From an uncultured virus (IMG/VR IMGVR_UViG_3300042945_003839) (Duplodnaviria > Heunggongvirae > Uroviricota > Caudoviricetes), in the IMG/VR virus record IMGVR_UViG_3300042945_003839: DNA of 20,000 bases. The stretch is one strand, 5' to 3'. The notes below the pieces were generated by a model. The model was not told the DNA's origin. It worked only from the letters and a program-made list of their open reading frames with translations, and did no database searches. The position numbers and the translations under genes are program-made. Shown here piece after piece: positions 1 to 8,508 of this stretch. Each line of letters begins with the position of its first letter. Positions within the stretch are counted from its first letter, which is position 1.

Positions 1-306
1 AAGCTCAACGCATGTAGGATCATCCTTCAGCAATACAATGCTGTCTCCAGAATTGAGTGGACGCTTCAAAAATTGTGAAACTATAATCTTTCTAGACTTA
101 TTAGTATAGACTTTCTTTTCTGCGCTAGCAGCATTTTGAGCATCTTGATCAACAGCTTCAACATACCCATGATGTATTGCCCATACTAATTCATGATGGC
201 CAATTTTGTCTTTTGTGAGGTCAAAAAATACACCACGTTTTAAAACAAGGTTTAAACCTCCAAGGACTATCTCTCCAGCAATTTTTTCAGTTGTTTTAAA
301 TCTCAT
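1..306 (-). CDS. Hypothetical phage protein, 3'-truncated by the window edge (absent from ORF track)
   Basis: ATG at 306-304 overlaps the TGA of the upstream gene (ATGA). Manual translation is open for 102 codons to position 1: MRFKTTEKIAGEIVLGGLNLVLKRGVFFDLTKDKIGHHELVWAIHHGYVEAVDQ...DDPTCVEL. Confidence 0.8.
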   Translation of the reverse strand, partial: MRFKTTEKIAGEIVLGGLNLVLKRGVFFDLTKDKIGHHELVWAIHHGYVEAVDQDAQNAASAEKKVYTNKSRKIIVSQFLKRPLNSGDSIVLLKDDPTCVEL

Positions 307-743
307 AGTTTACTTATCCTTTTCTTAGCAAGATTACCAGATAGCTGTTCAGGCTTGCTATCTCTATTATCGTCAGCTATTAAGGTAAATATTCTAAACG
401 TTCTGGATAATGGGCCGTCATTAGTCGTGAAGTTCAATTCCTGGCCACTCTCTCCATATGGAAGTCTACCCTGGTCTCTATCAACAAAAGATTCGAATGG
501 GTCATCAGGATCGAAATCAGTCCATGGATGCTTGTGCGGGGATTCGTGGTCAAAAATGCTGGCACCTCCAATAGAACCAGATGCATCTGGAGCCTCGTCT
601 GGAAAACCCTGATCTCCTAGCCTAGTCAGCTTAGGAGACTCTCCAGAGTTAGGGCCAACATACCGCTTATACGGATCTTTTCTATCAAGAGGATGCTCAA
701 ATGCTGCAGGCCACCCAGTTCCTCTTCTAGCAATCTTTTTCAT
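303..743 (-). CDS. Hypothetical protein (146 aa), Asp/Pro/Gly-rich, probably largely disordered
   Basis: Same strand as all neighbours, with ATGA overlaps at both ends (740-743 and 303-306). No recognisable domain. Confidence 0.75.
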   Translation of the reverse strand: MKKIARRGTGWPAAFEHPLDRKDPYKRYVGPNSGESPKLTRLGDQGFPDEAPDASGSIGGASIFDHESPHKHPWTDFDPDDPFESFVDRDQGRLPYGESGQELNFTTNDGPLSRTFRIFTLIADDNRDSKPEQLSGNLAKKRISKL

Positions 744-1456
744 GTATTGAGCAATTCTCTCTTTTTACTAATAATAGATTCTATTAAAGTATTTTCTTCC
801 GCATTCAACTCTCTGCCTGCAGATGCAGCCTTGTATGCAACATAAAAGGCTGCAGCATCCAGTTTCTTAACAGAATCTAGATCGCCAATTGTGTGCATAG
901 ATTTAACTGAAGATGACTCTTCAATATTGGAAAGGTTCTTTTTTACGTCTTCAGTAGGCACACCATCAAAATTAACAAAACGATCTGGAGAATTAGGTAA
1001 ACCAGAAGCAGATGAAGCAACATTGCCAGGAACTTGCTTGGAACCTTTTTTACCTATATATTTTTCAAACAGATCTTTTTGTTTAGTTAGATTTTTTTCA
1101 GCTTTTGCATATGCGTCACGATAAGCTTGATCATGCATTTCAGTGGCTATGTTAATACGAGGAACTTCATCTCTAACGTTATCATTTTTTCTAACAGAAT
1201 ATTTTAGCTTGTCTTCCATTTGAGCTTCTAGCGTTTGAGAATCAGACTTGTTTTCTTTATTCATTTTGCTTTCAATTATTGCATCTCCATCAGAAGACTC
1301 AACCCTGTCAAGAATGCTTTCTGCAATTTCTGGAGTTTCAGACACTCCAGTACCCTGATCTTTTCTGTGCTGCTCAAGATCTGAAGCAAGACTTGCAGTT
1401 TTTACTTGAGAATTTTCTACAAACAACGATTTGACCCATTTTTTTAAGTTAAACAT
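740..1456 (-). CDS. Hypothetical protein (238 aa), charged and probably helical; possible virion/head-associated protein
   Basis: Starts 1 nt after the terminase stop and overlaps the next gene by ATGA. K/E/S/D-rich. The virion role is inferred from context only. Confidence 0.8.
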   Translation of the reverse strand: MFNLKKWVKSLFVENSQVKTASLASDLEQHRKDQGTGVSETPEIAESILDRVESSDGDAIIESKMNKENKSDSQTLEAQMEDKLKYSVRKNDNVRDEVPRINIATEMHDQAYRDAYAKAEKNLTKQKDLFEKYIGKKGSKQVPGNVASSASGLPNSPDRFVNFDGVPTEDVKKNLSNIEESSSVKSMHTIGDLDSVKKLDAAAFYVAYKAASAGRELNAEENTLIESIISKKRELLNT

Positions 1457-1457
1457 T

Positions 1458-3329
1458 TTAGAACCTTTTGCTCCATTTTTGTTGCTGAAGAGAATGACCT
1501 ATAGGCACACCCGACATACTCCTAAAAACCACTCCTTCTCCTACTGGATTTACTGATAAACTAACCAATCTTCCTTGAGGCAATCTTACAACACTATCAT
1601 GCATACACGCGTATGCAGCTCCAGCCAATGCATCCACAAGGTCATCAGTCTTTACTAGACCGTCTTTTTTAGCAAAAACTCTATATCCAGTAGGAGTATA
1701 TCTTCGCTGCAAATACAGCATTTCATTTTTTAGCAACTCGTGATCTGGGATTTCTAAACGACCTGCTGAACATAAATCATATAAATTATCATATATAATA
1801 ATTTTATATCTTTTTGTAAACCTTGTCATTTTTGCTGGAACACTATGTTTTTTCAAATGATCAATACTGTGCTGAGAGTTCCACTGATCAAATGTAACAA
1901 GTTCAAAATTGAACCTTTTACTTAATGCAATAATATAATTATCAACTTCTTCTGTTAATATTGGCTTACCCTCTTTAGGTTGCCAATATTTTAAATGATC
2001 CACTTTAATTTTAAAATCTGTTTTATTTGTTTGTGGATTAATAAACATCTCTCGGTGACAAACACATAATGCATAATTGTGAGAAGATGTTGCTGGATCT
2101 AAATGACAGAAATAGCTAAAGCCTCCCTCTCCATGATCCCTAAGCTTTATACTACTACCAAAAGATCTTTCAACCATATCTCTTGTAAAGAATGTTTGAC
2201 CAGCAGTGCCGCTAAATTCTGCGCCAAACTCCATCATAAACTCTTCTTCAGTCATGTTAGCAAATTTTTCACGCAAAAGCTCTACTGTTTGATTTGGATT
2301 TACTTTCCAAGTTGGCAATTTACACATAACACGATGAGATACAGAAGAGCTTTTTCTATATAACTCATAGAACACACCCTCTTTACCGCGTGGAGAACTA
2401 ATGCATATTATTTTGCCATCATACACATCTTGAAGCTTCTCATTGCCATAAGGATCTATGTTTTTTTCTTTGCGAACATATGTTGCAGTTGCAGGTGCAA
2501 GCGTTCTATAAATACTTTCACCACCGCTACTGCCAGCAGTTTGTTTGTACAAACCAATTTCGTCAAGCAGCAAACAATAGCAAGATATACCAGCGAGAGA
2601 GTCAGAATTGCTGTGACCGCATCTGATAATAACAGACCCAGGACTTGTTGGAAGTCCTCGAGCAGCGAGCTCAACGTTCTTTACCTTATCAGCTGGTGTT
2701 AGAAGATGTATTTGGTCTGCAAGAATGCCTGAAGCAACAATTTTGTCTGCGAAATATGGACTATTGATAATCTTATCTTTTATTTCATTAAAAAGAACTT
2801 GAGCCTGAGCAGAGCTATTTGCAACAGTCAAAATAGTAAATGGAGCACCTGACCCTAAATTATATAGCTTGTAAGGATCACCTTCAGGAGATTCTAAAAG
2901 CTTAGCTGCCTCGTAACAAGCAAGTATTGAAACTATAAAGTCTTTGCCGCTTCTGCGCCCCCATACAAGAACTAATTCACTTTTTGTTATACCATTGTCT
3001 TTTTTTATAAAAATATCACTTGTGTCTTCATCTTCAAAATTATTTTCTTTACATAAAGCAAGCTCTTCTTCTGAGAGACCAATATTTTGATTACCTATAC
3101 TCCCAGCATAAAACGCTTTTAGCATGATGCGCTGAAATGGGTACAGGTCAATTGAAGTAGGCTTTCTATGAGGAAGACCAAGATACTTGTCAGACTCTAT
3201 AAATTCAATAATACTAGGAACGTGACCAGCATCAGATGCTGTCACTGGAACATTTTTGACTGCTTCCTTAAGACCTTCAAGGTCAAAAAAAAGATCAGAT
3301 TTTTTCTTTGGTCTTCCTGCTTTACTCAT
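1458..3329 (-). CDS. terL: Phage terminase large subunit (ATPase plus RNase H-like nuclease), 623 aa
   Basis: Adenine-binding Q motif LYPFQ; Walker A VLVWGRRSGKD; Walker B CLLLDEIG; motif III ICISSPRG; EFGAEF linker; nuclease acidic motifs HLDPA, TFDQWNS and DDLVDALAG, all in canonical order. Confidence 0.93.
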   Translation of the reverse strand: MSKAGRPKKKSDLFFDLEGLKEAVKNVPVTASDAGHVPSIIEFIESDKYLGLPHRKPTSIDLYPFQRIMLKAFYAGSIGNQNIGLSEEELALCKENNFEDEDTSDIFIKKDNGITKSELVLVWGRRSGKDFIVSILACYEAAKLLESPEGDPYKLYNLGSGAPFTILTVANSSAQAQVLFNEIKDKIINSPYFADKIVASGILADQIHLLTPADKVKNVELAARGLPTSPGSVIIRCGHSNSDSLAGISCYCLLLDEIGLYKQTAGSSGGESIYRTLAPATATYVRKEKNIDPYGNEKLQDVYDGKIICISSPRGKEGVFYELYRKSSSVSHRVMCKLPTWKVNPNQTVELLREKFANMTEEEFMMEFGAEFSGTAGQTFFTRDMVERSFGSSIKLRDHGEGGFSYFCHLDPATSSHNYALCVCHREMFINPQTNKTDFKIKVDHLKYWQPKEGKPILTEEVDNYIIALSKRFNFELVTFDQWNSQHSIDHLKKHSVPAKMTRFTKRYKIIIYDNLYDLCSAGRLEIPDHELLKNEMLYLQRRYTPTGYRVFAKKDGLVKTDDLVDALAGAAYACMHDSVVRLPQGRLVSLSVNPVGEGVVFRSMSGVPIGHSLQQQKWSKRF

Positions 3330-3678
3330 TTTCTTGATTCAAATAGATGAAGCCTGCTTTTTTAAACAATTGCTTGTATTCTAGTTTTTCGCCTAAATAC
3401 ACAAAACAATCTGCATCATTACAGTCATCCAAGCGACTATCTTTTGAAGATACTTTCCACCAAAAAACACCGGGACTATCAAGTTGAAGAACAACTTCAA
3501 ATATCTTTAGTTCTTCTTCAGAAATTCCAAAAGCACCCACATGCGTGGCTTTATAAACACTTTTTGCTGCTAAATTTAAAATAAAAGGTTTAGATTTAGT
3601 TTTACAAAGTTTACTAAAGCAATCATTTACTCTAGTTGCTTGATTTTTTGGAATAACTATGTGATATATATATTCCAC
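3322..3678 (-). CDS. Hypothetical protein (118 aa)
   Basis: Fills the gap between the glycosyltransferase and terL and overlaps the terL start by 8 nt. GTG start, so the exact start is uncertain. No recognisable terminase small-subunit features. Confidence 0.7.
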   Translation of the reverse strand: MEYIYHIVIPKNQATRVNDCFSKLCKTKSKPFILNLAAKSVYKATHVGAFGISEEELKIFEVVLQLDSPGVFWWKVSSKDSRLDDCNDADCFVYLGEKLEYKQLFKKAGFIYLNQENE

Positions 3679-3728
3679 ATAGTTTTTTAAAATAAAACTA
3701 TAATTTTACCTACTTTATTTTTACTATT

Positions 3729-4505
3729 TTATTGTCCTTGAGAATTTTGTTGTACTTGAGAAATTTGTGCAGCTACTGCAGACTGTGGAACATTTCTTAC
3801 TGCATTTTTATTTAAGAAGTCCATAAAATTATTACGCCATGTACGATGTCCACTATGAGCAACAGAAATAAATGGATCTAAATAAACCTTATTTCCCAAT
3901 TCTCTCCACTTAAGACATGTTAATATGTCTTCACTAATATATCTTCCACCTAACACCCCAGTTTGAAAAACATGCTTAAACACTTTGGGATCTTGACTAA
4001 TAGTATATGGAGGACATGCTTTCCATAATATATTTATAGCATTCTTGCTAAGACGCAAGAATCCAGTTGGGACAGAAGCAACCTCCATTAGTCCATTTTG
4101 AATAGAAATTTCACCAATCAAATTAACTGGAAAGTCTTCAATCTCAGATTTCTTTGGATAAATACCTGCAACAAAATCAACAGGGTGACTTAAAAGTCTC
4201 AGAAACTGTTGTGGGTCCCAGGATATATCTGCATCAATATACACCAAATCGTCATAATTATTTTCGTATGCATACGCAAAAAGGTCATTACGAGCCTTTT
4301 CAACAAGCGCATCATAACAAACATAAATTGGATCTATCAAGATGTTATTTTTTGCACAAGCTCTTTCAGTTAAGAGCAAGCTATGATTGTACCAAGCATC
4401 GATTCTACCATCGTATGCAGGAGTAGCAATCATTACTTTTCTTTGTGCAGGATCTTTTGACTCCACTGTAGACTGAGACGTTTTCTTTGTTTTCTTTTTT
4501 GCCAT
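3729..4505 (-). CDS. Putative GT-A fold (GT2-like) glycosyltransferase, 258 aa
   Basis: N-terminal strand KVMIATPAY, then ARN..F, DxD motif LVYIDADI, VAGIYPKK, TGFLRL, SED acceptor/catalytic motif (YISEDI) and terminal H.G (VAHSG). This pattern is typical of phage-encoded GT-A proteins. Confidence 0.8.
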   Translation of the reverse strand: MAKKKTKKTSQSTVESKDPAQRKVMIATPAYDGRIDAWYNHSLLLTERACAKNNILIDPIYVCYDALVEKARNDLFAYAYENNYDDLVYIDADISWDPQQFLRLLSHPVDFVAGIYPKKSEIEDFPVNLIGEISIQNGLMEVASVPTGFLRLSKNAINILWKACPPYTISQDPKVFKHVFQTGVLGGRYISEDILTCLKWRELGNKVYLDPFISVAHSGHRTWRNNFMDFLNKNAVRNVPQSAVAAQISQVQQNSQGQ

Positions 4506-4528
4506 AGTAAAACTATATCGGCAAAAAA

Positions 4529-5095
4529 CTAATCAACTTTAGCAATAACAAAATATTCATCACGATCTAAATCATCTCTTTCATGAATTTTGACTTCTTT
4601 GATTTTTTCATGTATAAACATTTCAAAAATTTCTTCTTTAGAAAAACGTACATGAAGCTTATTAATACTGTGTGGAAATATTTTTTTTGATAAATCTTTG
4701 AAAACGGTCAAAACTACATATTTAGATGATTTGTTAATGCAATCACTAATAAGCAATTTTAATATTTTTTTATTTTCATTTTCATCATGGTTGATATTAA
4801 ATGTAACAGTTCCAAACAAACATACTAGCTCATATAATCCATTTTGAGGGATGCTTGTATAGGTCTTACAGTTACACAACTTTGTAGAGTCTTCTCTAAT
4901 ATCTACTGCCTCATACACAACATTTTTTTGGTGCTTAATTAACCATTGATGCAATAAACACGGTCCAGAACCAACGTCAAGAACAGAGTTAAAGTCAATG
5001 CCTTTTAAAAAATTAAAACGCTTAAAAGACTTTTCAAGACCATAGCCATTTGATTCAGATGTAGGGTAAAAATCTTTTAAACTTTTTTTAAGCAT
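4529..5095 (-). CDS. Class I SAM-dependent methyltransferase, 188 aa
   Basis: Motif I SVLDVGSGP, acidic residue after strand 2 (YEAVDI), motif YELVCLFGT. No DPPY/NPPY or PC motif, so not an obvious DNA methyltransferase. Confidence 0.8.
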   Translation of the reverse strand: MLKKSLKDFYPTSESNGYGLEKSFKRFNFLKGIDFNSVLDVGSGPCLLHQWLIKHQKNVVYEAVDIREDSTKLCNCKTYTSIPQNGLYELVCLFGTVTFNINHDENENKKILKLLISDCINKSSKYVVLTVFKDLSKKIFPHSINKLHVRFSKEEIFEMFIHEKIKEVKIHERDDLDRDEYFVIAKVD

Positions 5096-6078
5096 TATTC
5101 AAAAGCTACAATGCATACATAACCGTTGCCGCCTGTAGCTCCATTTCCAGCAGTAACTCCAGACTTTGAACCGCCTCCTCCACCACCGCCACCGCCACGA
5201 TAACCTCTACCTCCATTTGAAGCACTACCAAGTGCGGCCCCTCCACCTCCTGCGCCGCCAAAGCCAGGAGAAAGCTTACCACAAATGTTAAAAAATGGAG
5301 CATTTTGACCAGCCACTCCAGCATTTGTCCCTCCAGTAGCAATTGTTGTAGATCTAGCGAGTCCAGGAGTTCCAAAAGTAGTAAATACTGCTGCGTTGTA
5401 CAAAGTAATATCAGCTCCCGCAGCAGCTAATCCGCTAGAATTTATAAATCCACCACCACCCCCACCGCCATTCCATAAAATTTGAGTTTGTTGAGGATGA
5501 CCAACAGATACGTTGGAGGGCTTAGAAGTAGCCCCAGATCCTCCAACGCCGCCCATTGCACTTACGGTATGATATCCCCACGTTGCTGCTATTCTAGCTG
5601 CACCACCAGCTGGAGCAGTAGCAGTGCCTGCGCCACCACCAAGCCCCCCAATTACAAAAACTATATTTCCACGAGAAGATAAAAAAGAAACTGTTGTAGT
5701 ACCACCCGTTGAACCAGCTGTTGCCGCACCACCGTCAGACGCGGAGCCGTTTCCTCCACCACCACCTGCACCAATAGCTATTTGCAAAGCTGAAAAACTA
5801 TATGCACTAGAAGCATTGTTGCCTGAAAAATTTCTAAATTCATCTAAAAATAATCTATACAAAGTCCAGCTCCCACCACTGCCACCACCGCCGCCAGCAG
5901 CATTTCCAAGAGAAGCACCACGAAATCCACCACCACCACCGCCACCGCCACCAATAGCATATATTAAAAGAGTCCGCGCTTTTGCCGGAATATAATATAT
6001 TCCAGTTGTATCAAACTGAACAGCTTCAATGAAACGAGTATCAACTATTCCAGGAAAACTAAAAAATCCATTATTCAT
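5095..6078 (-). CDS. Glycine-rich virion protein, paralogue 3 (candidate adhesin/fibre tip), 327 aa
   Basis: Begins MNNGFFSFP, has AIGGGGGGGGG and IAIGAGG motifs, ends GGNGYVCIVAFE. TAATG coupling to the methyltransferase; AAGGTGA upstream of the ATG. Confidence 0.8.
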   Translation of the reverse strand: MNNGFFSFPGIVDTRFIEAVQFDTTGIYYIPAKARTLLIYAIGGGGGGGGGFRGASLGNAAGGGGGSGGSWTLYRLFLDEFRNFSGNNASSAYSFSALQIAIGAGGGGGNGSASDGGAATAGSTGGTTTVSFLSSRGNIVFVIGGLGGGAGTATAPAGGAARIAATWGYHTVSAMGGVGGSGATSKPSNVSVGHPQQTQILWNGGGGGGGFINSSGLAAAGADITLYNAAVFTTFGTPGLARSTTIATGGTNAGVAGQNAPFFNICGKLSPGFGGAGGGGAALGSASNGGRGYRGGGGGGGGGSKSGVTAGNGATGGNGYVCIVAFE

Positions 6079-6081
6079 AAA

Positions 6082-7020
6082 TCACCTTATCGCCCAAATT
6101 GCAACGTAGCCATTCCCGCCACGACCTCCAATACCAGAAGAAAAACCGTTTTGACACCCACCACCGCCACCACCGCCACCGCCGCGAAAGCCATTGCCAC
6201 CTGCACCGCCCGCTGCTGCAGTTGCTCCACCACCACCTGCGCCACCCAATCCTCCACTGAAAACACCAGACAAATGATATTGCAAGTTTGTTGCACCAGC
6301 AGTACCAGTTCCTCCTCCTGCAAGTATATTTGAAGCACGAGCAAAATTTGGGTTAGCAAAGCCGCCAGTCGTAGCGCCAGGATTAACTATAGAACCACCA
6401 CTGTATATGGTGCCAGCTCCATTCTTGCCTCCACCACCAGCTCCCGCATGGCCGCTGAGTATACTACCAGCAGTAACGCTAGCTCCATTGCCAGTTGAGC
6501 CTCCACCAGCACCAGGATTTGAAACTGGTTGCAACCACCCATAAAAAGAATTTGGAGTTGTTCCACCAGCCGCACCACCACCAGTAGCACCACCAAAACC
6601 ACCACCGCCGCCAAGAGCAGACATTAAAGTTCCTGGCCATCCATTTATCGTAATAGACGTAGGATTACCACTGCCTCCGTTACCTCCGGCAGTTCCGTCA
6701 CCAGTAGCAGTTGCACCGCTTGTGCCTCCAGCACCAATAGTGATATACAAAAGAGTATTTGGGCCACCCAAATCTTCGGTCAAAAAATAAGCATACATGC
6801 CAGCCCCAGCACCACCGCCGCCGCCGCCAAAAGCAGTTGTTCCAGAAGCATAACGACCGCCACCGCCACCGCCACCGCCACCGCCAACTAAGTAAATAAA
6901 AAGCATCCTGACTCCTGGCCGAATTAGATAAGCACCACTGGAGTCAAAAAGCGCTACATCTTGCAACTGAATATTTTGCAAAGTGTTTGCAGGGAATGTA
7001 CTAAAAAAACCTTGATTCAT
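6082..7020 (-). CDS. Glycine-rich virion protein, paralogue 2, 312 aa
   Basis: Begins MNQGFFSTFP, has FDSSGAY, LVG(10), DLGGP and ITIGAGG, ends GGRGGNGYVAIWAIR. ATGA overlap with the upstream gene. Confidence 0.8.
   Translation of the reverse strand: MNQGFFSTFPANTLQNIQLQDVALFDSSGAYLIRPGVRMLFIYLVGGGGGGGGGGRYASGTTAFGGGGGGAGAGMYAYFLTEDLGGPNTLLYITIGAGGTSGATATGDGTAGGNGGSGNPTSITINGWPGTLMSALGGGGGFGGATGGGAAGGTTPNSFYGWLQPVSNPGAGGGSTGNGASVTAGSILSGHAGAGGGGKNGAGTIYSGGSIVNPGATTGGFANPNFARASNILAGGGTGTAGATNLQYHLSGVFSGGLGGAGGGGATAAAGGAGGNGFRGGGGGGGGGCQNGFSSGIGGRGGNGYVAIWAIR
6856..6885. repeat. Perfect (ACCGCC)x5 hexamer run encoding Gly10
   Basis: Read directly from the sequence; (GGC GGT)x5 on the coding strand. 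Confidence 0.85.
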
Positions 7021-7202
7021 ACCTGTTGTTCTATAAATCTTGGAGAAGAATTCGGATCATAAAGAGAACCCATTTCACATCGCTCATCTTCTTGCAGTTG
7101 AATCAATTGAGCAGCGTCAAAAGGATATATTTGACCATTTCCATCCCAAATTATTACATTTTCTACTATGTTATTTTCTAAATTAATAATTGCCCATCTC
7201 AT
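7017..7202 (-). CDS. Small acidic protein (61 aa), possible fibre/adhesin assembly factor or adaptor
   Basis: MRWAIINLENNIVENVIIWDG...G..YD....F. GGAGGT Shine-Dalgarno at 7208-7213 and ATGA overlap downstream. Function inferred from position among the Gly-rich genes. Confidence 0.75.
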   Translation of the reverse strand: MRWAIINLENNIVENVIIWDGNGQIYPFDAAQLIQLQEDERCEMGSLYDPNSSPRFIEQQV

Positions 7203-7207
7203 AATAA

Positions 7208-7213
7208 ACCTCC
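7208..7213 (-). promoter_or_regulatory. Shine-Dalgarno site GGAGGT
   Basis: Ends 5 nt upstream of the ATG at 7202. Confidence 0.75.
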
Positions 7214-7216
7214 ATA

Positions 7217-8113
7217 TTAATATATCGCTAATATAGCAACATAACCATCACCACCACGACCACCAGCACTTGCTGCAACACCATTTTGAGAACCACCGCC
7301 ACCGCCACCGCCACTACCACGGAAGCCATTGCCACCAGCATTTGAAGCAACAGTACCAGCCCCACCTCCTGGACCACCAAATCCAGGAGACATAATACCT
7401 AGAATATGCTGATACGAATCAAAAGGTTTTGTTGCAGAATCTGCAGTTCCACCAGCATAAATATTACTAGCTCTAGCAGTTAAAGATGACATAATGCCTG
7501 AAACTGTCGTAGTTTGTAATGTAATAGCTCCTCCAGTAAAACCAGATCCTATTTTAAAACCACCACCAGCACCTCCATGACTATATACTGCGATTACAGT
7601 TACTCCACCACCAGAGCTTCCGCCAGCGCCACCAGTAACGCTATAATTATCAATAAAACATGCTTGTCCAGAACCAGCAGTGCCTGCAGCACCAGTTCCA
7701 CCAGAACCAAGATTTCCACCAGGACAATAAATTAAAATACCAGGTTTTCCTGCAATACTGATCGAAGTTGCGCCACCAGCACCGCCGTTCCCTCCGTTAG
7801 ACGAGTCTCCTGTGGCAGCAATGCCAGCATTTCCTCCAGCACCTATGGTGATAAAGAGAGTTTGACCAGGACCTCCTAAATCAGAAACATAAAATTCTTT
7901 TAAAACTATGACTCCTCCTCCTCCACCACCGCCGCCATACGCGTTACCAGATTGCCTAGCACCACCTCCACCACCACCGCCGCCGCCGACAGCAAAAATG
8001 TACAGCTTTTTTGTTCCAGGCAATATTTGGTAAGCACCGCTGGAATCAAATTGTTCAATTTGATTTTCTGATAAATTTAATTTACTTGGAAATCCATAAA
8101 ATCCATGATTCAT
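7217..8113 (-). CDS. Glycine-rich virion protein, paralogue 1, 298 aa
   Basis: Begins MNHGFYGFP, has FDSSGAY, AVGGGGGGGGG, DLGGP and ITIGAGG, ends GGRGGDGYVAILAIY. ATGA overlap with the 127-aa gene. Confidence 0.8.
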   Translation of the reverse strand: MNHGFYGFPSKLNLSENQIEQFDSSGAYQILPGTKKLYIFAVGGGGGGGGGARQSGNAYGGGGGGGGVIVLKEFYVSDLGGPGQTLFITIGAGGNAGIAATGDSSNGGNGGAGGATSISIAGKPGILIYCPGGNLGSGGTGAAGTAGSGQACFIDNYSVTGGAGGSSGGGVTVIAVYSHGGAGGGFKIGSGFTGGAITLQTTTVSGIMSSLTARASNIYAGGTADSATKPFDSYQHILGIMSPGFGGPGGGAGTVASNAGGNGFRGSGGGGGGGSQNGVAASAGGRGGDGYVAILAIY

Positions 8114-8493
8114 AGAAGTCCACTCTCAACAACATTATTCACAGTGACGTTTACGCCGTTCACTAATTTTAATGATGTTGTGCTACCTCCTGGTAAAACT
8201 AAACCAACAGCTTCTGGGAATTCAACACGAAGAGCGGCAGCGGTTGCGCTAACAGTATTTGCGGCAACGGCTCTTTCTGCAATTAAAAAATCGTTTGAGC
8301 TAGCAGTAATATACAAGCCTAATTTGCCAGCCGTGTTTGTTCCAGTAATTGTGGAATAAACTCTTAAAATACGCTTACCGACACCTGCAGCAGCAGTTGT
8401 AGACAAGGCAGTTGAAATTGTTGTAGAACCAGCACTAACAGTAGTAGTACATTCTACTAGTGGCTGTGCTGTGTATTGTGCAGTAGTTGCCAT
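8110..8493 (-). CDS. Small Thr/Ala-rich, probably all-beta virion protein (127 aa), possible fibre-tip adaptor
   Basis: Strong Shine-Dalgarno site and MA start. Alternating hydrophobic strands. Lies between the giant fibre and the Gly-rich genes. Function inferred. Confidence 0.75.
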   Translation of the reverse strand: MATTAQYTAQPLVECTTTVSAGSTTISTALSTTAAAGVGKRILRVYSTITGTNTAGKLGLYITASSNDFLIAERAVAANTVSATAAALRVEFPEAVGLVLPGGSTTSLKLVNGVNVTVNNVVESGLL

Positions 8494-8500
8494 AAATATA

Positions 8501-8508
8501 ACCTCCTA
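8501..8508 (-). promoter_or_regulatory. Shine-Dalgarno site TAGGAGGT
   Basis: Ends 7 nt upstream of the ATG at 8493, immediately after the fibre stop codon. Confidence 0.8.

Noticed and set aside
1458..3329. Intein or intron in the terminase
   Set aside because: ATPase and nuclease motifs are contiguous in a 623-aa ORF, with no intein-sized insertion or homing-endonuclease motifs.
355..4426. Short ORFs nested in or antisense to terL, the glycosyltransferase and the hypothetical genes
   Set aside because: They overlap coupled, better-supported minus-strand genes and have no recognisable motifs.
5482..6333. Pro-rich + strand ORFs (e.g. 5624-5995) and alternative-frame ORFs within the Gly-rich genes
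   Set aside because: Poly-Pro is the reverse complement of poly-Gly codons; they are fully nested in better-supported genes.
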